Made by a program: the position numbers and the translations under genes. Shown here one piece after another: positions 36,659 through 43,188 of a DNA stretch of 43,188 nt (the first letter of the stretch is position 1; every line of letters begins with the position of its first letter). This stretch comes from Verrucomicrobiota bacterium. Lineage in GTDB: Bacteria > Verrucomicrobiota > Verrucomicrobiia > Chthoniobacterales > UBA10450. The DNA lies in the NCBI GenBank assembly GCA_003217965.1, contig QHNB01000228.1, forward strand, positions 1 to 43,188, read 5' to 3'. The notes under the pieces were generated by a model. The model had not been told where the DNA came from. It did not search any database and worked only from the letters and a program-made list of their open reading frames with translations.

Positions 36659-37291
36659 TTAGCGCCACCGCGGATCGAACCGTGGATCGTAACGGGGATC
36701 ATATCGCGGATCGTAATACCTCGGATCTCGCTGAGGCGGGCCGAAGATCGGCGGAAATCGCAAAGGTTGTGGACCGAACCGGAAATATTGGCCGGTTCGC
36801 GGCGTTCTCCCGAAGACGTGCACGGGCGTACCCACATCGACGACATTAAAGAAGCCAATCGCCATTTCTTCCGGCATGCGAACGCAACCGTGCGAAGCGG
36901 GATACCCAGGCAAATAACCCGCGTGCATGCCATCGGCCCCGTGGAAGCGCATGAAATAATGCATTGGCGCTGGAATGAACTTGCCGCCGCGCGGCACCTT
37001 CATATCGGCATCGGCGTCACTCACGATAGTGCGGCCATAAACATCGACGATTTTTCCGTACAGACTCGAGTAATGGTTCCGTTCTTTCTCAATGATTCTG
37101 AACGAGCCCGTCTCGGTCAGATGGCCGGCGCGGCCACTGGAAATCGGACTGGCTAGAACTGCGCGCCGATCGCGGAGCAAGTAGGCGCGCTGCTCCTGCA
37201 AATCAATTTCAACGCGATAAGACGATTGCGCCAAGCTTGGCTCACCAGAAAAAATAATTGCCGCTGCGACGGCCCATTCTCCCCAACGCAT
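36659..37291 (-). CDS. L,D-transpeptidase (YkuD domain) with a C-terminal DPRY-repeat tail
   Basis: 210 aa. The active site is PASHGCVRM. The tail reads PRYYDPRYDPRYDPRFDPRWR. Confidence 0.85.
   Translation of the reverse strand: MRWGEWAVAAAIIFSGEPSLAQSSYRVEIDLQEQRAYLLRDRRAVLASPISSGRAGHLTETGSFRIIEKERNHYSSLYGKIVDVYGRTIVSDADADMKVPRGGKFIPAPMHYFMRFHGADGMHAGYLPGYPASHGCVRMPEEMAIGFFNVVDVGTPVHVFGRTPRTGQYFRFGPQPLRFPPIFGPPQRDPRYYDPRYDPRYDPRFDPRWR
36672..36727. repeat. 12-nt tandem repeat (GGATCGTAACGN-like) inside the L,D-transpeptidase 3' end
   Basis: GGATC recurs at 36672, 36684, 36696, 36708 and 36723. The spacings are 12, 12, 12 and 15 nt. The repeats encode the DPRY units. Confidence 0.7.
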
Positions 37292-37426
37292 ACGCCCGGA
37301 ACTATGACGGACTTTCGCGTAAAAAATTCAGAGGGCAACAGGGCCGAGGGCGCAGATGGTGAAGTCTCTCAGTTCGCGACTAACTTACACCGGCCACAGT
37401 CGAACATGTAGGCCGCCCGCGACTTC

Positions 37427-38221
37427 CTATACGGCGATTGGTGCCTTGATCGATGGGTGGGGATTGTAATCGAGCAAAGTGAAGTCTTCGAAGCGAAAAT
37501 CTTCGAGGCGGCGGACTTTGGGGTTGAGTCGCATTCGGGGTAGGCTGCGAAATTCGCGGGAGAGCTGTTCGCGCGCTTGCTCGAGATGATTCTGATAGAG
37601 ATGGAGGTCGCCAAAAGTGTGGACGAAATCAGCAGGGCGCAGCTCGCAAACCTGCGCCACCATCATCGTGAGGAGGGCATAAGAGGCGATATTGAATGGC
37701 ACACCCAAGAAAAGATCGGCGCTACGCTGGTACAATTGACAACTGAGTTCGCCCTCATTCACATAAAACTGAAAGAGCACATGACAAGGAGGTAATGCCA
37801 TCCGATCGATCTCCGCCGCGTTCCATGCGTTGACAATGAGCCGGCGCGATTGTGGATTGGCTCTGATTTGCGTGATGACACTTGCGATCTGGTCGATTCG
37901 TTTGTTTTCAGAGCCGCGCCAGTCCCGCCATTGTGCGCCATAGACACGTCCGAGATTTCCGTTCTCATCCGCCCATTCATCCCAAATCGTCACCCCGTGT
38001 TCGTTCAACCAGCGGATGTTCGTGTCGCCGCGCAAAAACCAAAGCAGTTCGTAAATAATCGATTTCAAATGAAGCTTTTTCGTCGTCAAAAGGGGAAAGC
38101 GCTCGCGCAAATCGAATCGTGCTTGAGCGCCGAAAATCGAGAGCGTGCCGATTCCGGTACGATCGTCGCGCCGTTTTCCTCTTTCTAAAACGAGGCGCAG
38201 GAGATCATGATATTGCCGCAC
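37427..38221 (-). CDS. thyA: Thymidylate synthase (ThyA type)
   Basis: 264 aa. It shows [22 protein letters not shown] and the catalytic [13 protein letters not shown]. Confidence 0.96.
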   Translation of the reverse strand: MRQYHDLLRLVLERGKRRDDRTGIGTLSIFGAQARFDLRERFPLLTTKKLHLKSIIYELLWFLRGDTNIRWLNEHGVTIWDEWADENGNLGRVYGAQWRDWRGSENKRIDQIASVITQIRANPQSRRLIVNAWNAAEIDRMALPPCHVLFQFYVNEGELSCQLYQRSADLFLGVPFNIASYALLTMMVAQVCELRPADFVHTFGDLHLYQNHLEQAREQLSREFRSLPRMRLNPKVRRLEDFRFEDFTLLDYNPHPSIKAPIAV

Positions 38222-38317
38222 AAAAAATCTTAACGTCGCGGCTCGATTTCGCGAGTAGAAATCACCAGCGAAGAGGAAAAATGACGGCTCGGGAAAAACC
38301 GCTGCGAGCGTTCCGAG

Positions 38318-38659
38318 TTATCGTTTGAGCGATTCGAGAGCGCCTTCGAGCTCTTCCTTGCGCTCGTTTAATGTTTGCAGGCGCAATTTCCAGCGATGTA
38401 GCTGAATGCAAAGTTGGTTGATGTAGCTCGTCACTTCGGTCCGCTGCGATTCGTTTTCTTTGAGACGACGCTGAAGTTCCGTTGTTTGCGCCGGCAAAGC
38501 TGATGGACCGTTCGACAATGCCGGAACGACCGTCGGTTTTCCGCAACGCCGGCAGGTTAGCGTCATTCCAGCGGCGGCCGCGTCGACTACCAACGGGCTG
38601 GCGCAATGCTGACAGTTGAAGAGGATATCGGGGGCAGCAGCCGACTTTGCGGGGTCCAT
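38318..38659 (-). CDS. Small zinc-ribbon + coiled-coil protein, function unknown
   Basis: 113 aa. It has CQHC-x18-CRRC (FNCQHCASPLVVDAAAAGMTLTCRRCGKPT). The C-terminal half is heptad-like and charged (ELQRRLKENESQR...LQTLNERKEELEGALESLKR). It is transcribed divergently from dnaK. Confidence 0.55.
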   Translation of the reverse strand: MDPAKSAAAPDILFNCQHCASPLVVDAAAAGMTLTCRRCGKPTVVPALSNGPSALPAQTTELQRRLKENESQRTEVTSYINQLCIQLHRWKLRLQTLNERKEELEGALESLKR

Positions 38660-38775
38660 TTACTACCAAAACCTTTAGCAGAGGTTATACCATTCATGCG
38701 TGCGTCTAGATGGCTCACCTCGGCACCAAGCCGCTTCTACATGAGAGACATGCTGTCTCAACAGATCCGCGCTAG

Positions 38776-40848
<2,073 letters not shown>

Positions 40849-40935
40849 TTGATGAAATTTGCCGGCTTTGGCTCGACTACTCCCGAGCTGCTGCCGGCAC
40901 CAACCACGTAAACAAAGGAGTTGAAGAAAAAAAAT

Positions 40936-41232
40936 ATGGCAGCAGTTAATGTCAAACCACTTGGAGATCGGGTGCTAGTGCAGCCGATCGAAGAGCAGGA
41001 AGTAAAGAAGGGCGGTATCATTATTCCCGATACCGCCAAGGAGAAACCGCAGGAGGGCAAAGTCGTGGCTCTCGGCACCGGTAAAATCGATGACAATGGC
41101 AAGAAAGTCGATTTCACGGTGAAGAAAGGAGATACGGTGCTGATCTCAAAATACGGCGGCACTGAAATCAAAATCGACGGCGATACCTACCTGATCATGC
41201 GTGAGGACGACATCCTCGGCATCATTGGTTAA
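40936..41232 (+). CDS. groES: Co-chaperonin GroES
   Basis: [20 protein letters not shown]...GTGK... matches GroES. I prefer ATG 40936 over the TTG at 40921. Confidence 0.95.
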   Translation: MAAVNVKPLGDRVLVQPIEEQEVKKGGIIIPDTAKEKPQEGKVVALGTGKIDDNGKKVDFTVKKGDTVLISKYGGTEIKIDGDTYLIMREDDILGIIG

Positions 41233-41255
41233 CTTCAGAAGGGGAATTAACAACT

Positions 41256-42896
41256 ATGGCAGCTAAACAATTACAATTTGATGAGAACGCGCGGCATGCG
41301 TTGCTGCGCGGAATCGAGAAACTGTCGAAAGCGGTCAAGGCCACACTCGGCCCGAGCGGTCGCAACGTGATTCTCGATAAGAAATTCGGTAGCCCGACGA
41401 TTACCAAGGATGGGGTAACAGTCGCGAAGGAAATCGAGCTTGAAGATCCCTATGAGAATATGGGTGCTCAGCTCGTGCGCGAAGTTGCTTCCAAGACTTC
41501 CGATATCGCGGGCGATGGTACCACCACGGCGACAGTTCTGGCGGAATCGATCTACAAAGAAGGTCTCCGCAACGTAACCGCCGGTGCAAATCCTACTTCG
41601 CTCCAACGCGGCATCATGAAAGCAGTCGAGGCCATTGTCGAGGAGCTGAAAAAGGTCTCAAAGAAGGTCGGTGATCGCACTGAAATCGCCCAAGTCGCGA
41701 CGGTCTCAGCCAACTGGGACAGGACAATTGGTGAGATCATCGCCGACGCAATGGACAAAGTCGGCAAGGACGGCACCATCACAGTCGAGGAAGCAAAGTC
41801 GATCGAAACAACCCTCGAGGTGGTCGAAGGCATGCAGTTCGATAAAGGCTATCTATCACCTTATTTCGTAACCAACGCGGAAGCGATGGAAGCCGTGCTC
41901 GAAAACCCCTACATCCTCATTCACGAGAAGAAGATCTCGAGCTTGAAGGATATGCTTCCGCTACTTGAGAAAGTAGCTAAGGCTGGTCGTCCGCTCCTGA
42001 TCATCGCGGAGGATGTGGAAGGCGAGGCCCTTGCCACGTTGGTCGTGAACAAGCTACGCGGAACCTTGCAGGTTGTCGCAGTGAAAGCTCCCGGCTTCGG
42101 CGATCGTCGCAAGGCGATGCTGGAAGACATCGCGGTGCTGACCGGTGCCCGATCCATCACGGAAGATCTCGGTATTAAACTCGAGAACGTGAAGCTGGAA
42201 GACCTCGGTCGAGCCAAACGGGTCACGATTGATAAAGAGAACACGACCATCGTTGAAGGCGAAGGCAAGCAGAGCGACATCCAAGGTCGAGTTAATCAAA
42301 TCCGTCGCCAGATTGAGGAGACGACGAGCGATTATGACCGGGAGAAGCTCCAGGAGCGCCTGGCCAAGCTCGCGGGCGGCGTCGCCGTCATTAACGTCGG
42401 CGCAGCGACGGAAACCGAGATGAAGGAGAAGAAGGCGCGGGTCGAAGATGCATTGCACGCTACCCGTGCTGCGGTTGAAGAAGGCATTGTGCCCGGCGGT
42501 GGTGTCGCATTTCTCCGTGCCCAGAAAGTGCTCGAGAACATCAAAGACCTTGAAGCTGACGAGAAAGTTGGCGTGGCCATTGTTCGCCGCGCTATCGAAG
42601 AGCCGACGCGGCAGTTGGCCGATAATGCTGGCAAAGAAGGCGCTCTCATTGTCGAGGAGGTGAAGAAGCGCAAGGGTAACGAAGGTTATGATGTGGCTGG
42701 TGACCAATTCACCGATTTGGTCAAGGCGGGAATTGTCGATCCAACCAAGTTCGCGCGCACCGCGTTGCAAAATGCGGCCTCGATCTCCGGTCTCCTGCTT
42801 ACCACCGAAGCGGTCGTCACCGAGCTACCTGAAAAGGAAAAAGCTCCGGCGATGCCTCCGGGTGGAATGGGCGGCATGGGTGGAATGGACTACTAA
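41256..42896 (+). CDS. groEL: Chaperonin GroEL
   Basis: 546 aa. It shows [24 protein letters not shown] and a C-terminal GGMGGMGGM repeat. Confidence 0.98.
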   Translation: MAAKQLQFDENARHALLRGIEKLSKAVKATLGPSGRNVILDKKFGSPTITKDGVTVAKEIELEDPYENMGAQLVREVASKTSDIAGDGTTTATVLAESIYKEGLRNVTAGANPTSLQRGIMKAVEAIVEELKKVSKKVGDRTEIAQVATVSANWDRTIGEIIADAMDKVGKDGTITVEEAKSIETTLEVVEGMQFDKGYLSPYFVTNAEAMEAVLENPYILIHEKKISSLKDMLPLLEKVAKAGRPLLIIAEDVEGEALATLVVNKLRGTLQVVAVKAPGFGDRRKAMLEDIAVLTGARSITEDLGIKLENVKLEDLGRAKRVTIDKENTTIVEGEGKQSDIQGRVNQIRRQIEETTSDYDREKLQERLAKLAGGVAVINVGAATETEMKEKKARVEDALHATRAAVEEGIVPGGGVAFLRAQKVLENIKDLEADEKVGVAIVRRAIEEPTRQLADNAGKEGALIVEEVKKRKGNEGYDVAGDQFTDLVKAGIVDPTKFARTALQNAASISGLLLTTEAVVTELPEKEKAPAMPPGGMGGMGGMDY

Positions 42897-42921
42897 GTCA
42901 CAACAAAGAATGAATTACAGC

Positions 42922-42958
42922 AGCCGGGCTTCGAAAGGAGCCCGGCTGTCTTGTTTTG
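42922..42958 (+). terminator. Intrinsic terminator after groEL
   Basis: AGCCGGGCT (42922-42930), an 8-nt loop TCGAAAGG, then AGCCCGGCT (42939-42947). A T-rich tail GTCTTGTTTTG follows. Confidence 0.75.
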
Positions 42959-42982
42959 CTGCAAAATGAAACTGAGTCACAT

Positions 42983-43188
42983 ATGAAAACACAAAAACGC
43001 AACAAACAGCACGACGAAGCCACGCCACTCATTGAACAACGAGCGGCCGAGATCCAGGCTTTCGGCCGAGCAGTGAAGTTGCCGATTGCTCTATCTAAGA
43101 AAGTCTGCGCACGGAGTGCCGACAATTTGAATCAGCTTCTCGCGGATACGATTACTCTTCGCGATCTTTACAAGAAACATCACTGGCA
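42983..43188 (+). CDS. dps: Dps-family DNA-protection/ferritin-like protein (N-terminal 68 codons; continues beyond the window)
   Basis: My own translation from ATG 42983 gives MKTQKRNKQHDEATPLIEQRAAEIQAFGRAVKLPIALSKKVCARSADNLNQLLADTITLRDLYKKHHW. The LNxLLAD...YKKHHW stretch is the Dps helix-A signature. Confidence 0.8.
   Translation, partial: MKTQKRNKQHDEATPLIEQRAAEIQAFGRAVKLPIALSKKVCARSADNLNQLLADTITLRDLYKKHHW

Overview
This 43.2-kb chromosomal window comes from a moderately GC-rich, Gram-negative-type bacterium. The interspersed 'GTCATYCYGAGCGGAG' and GTAG-hairpin repeats remind me of soil Verrucomicrobiota- or Acidobacteriota-like genomes, but I cannot verify taxonomy here. All family calls rest on motif recognition by eye, with no BLAST or HMM.

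The window is densely packed with about 45 protein genes, and I recognised no rRNA, tRNA, CRISPR array, transposase or integrase.

Gene content from left to right:
- TPM-domain protein, lemA and scpB.
- glmM, overlapped by an NtrB/NtrC-like sigma-54 two-component pair.
- pnp and rpsO.
- An eight-gene minus-strand block at 9.1-16.6 kb: GT2, cupin, YbdK ligase, membrane-anchored sulfite-oxidase-like Mo enzyme, GT2, SDR epimerase with a zinc-ribbon insert, DUF2064 transferase and SAM methyltransferase.
- A secreted cyclase, a YitJ-like homocysteine-methyltransferase/MTHFR fusion, then mnmG-plsY-gpsA.
- purN, a heptose-1-P adenylyltransferase and a lipid kinase.
- A DUF4912 protein and two APC permeases.
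- A two-domain retropepsin-like protease and a bPH_2 membrane protein.
- A MurU/AmgK-like sugar-salvage pair, a CPBP protease and an MBL hydrolase.
- An S41 tail-specific protease, an L,D-transpeptidase and thyA.
- A small zinc-ribbon/coiled-coil protein, then a contiguous dnaK-groES-groEL-dps stress block.

I see no clear-cut new defence or mobile system. The most noteworthy observations are:
1. A near-consensus sigma-54 -24/-12 promoter, with upstream palindromes, lies directly in front of dnaK. No CIRCE or sigma-32-type signals are present, and a GAFTGA enhancer-binding protein is encoded in the same window.
2. A DUF2064/GT2/methyltransferase cassette resembles the 'rSAM/selenodomain-associated' arsenosugar-type cassette. 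It lacks the radical-SAM partner and sits in a larger glyco/redox operon.
3. Several genes show sequence-level frame problems: the kinase, the protease C-terminus, possibly the methyltransferase N-terminus, and a glmM whose conserved N-terminus precedes any canonical start codon.
4. Two families of short intergenic palindromic repeats are present.
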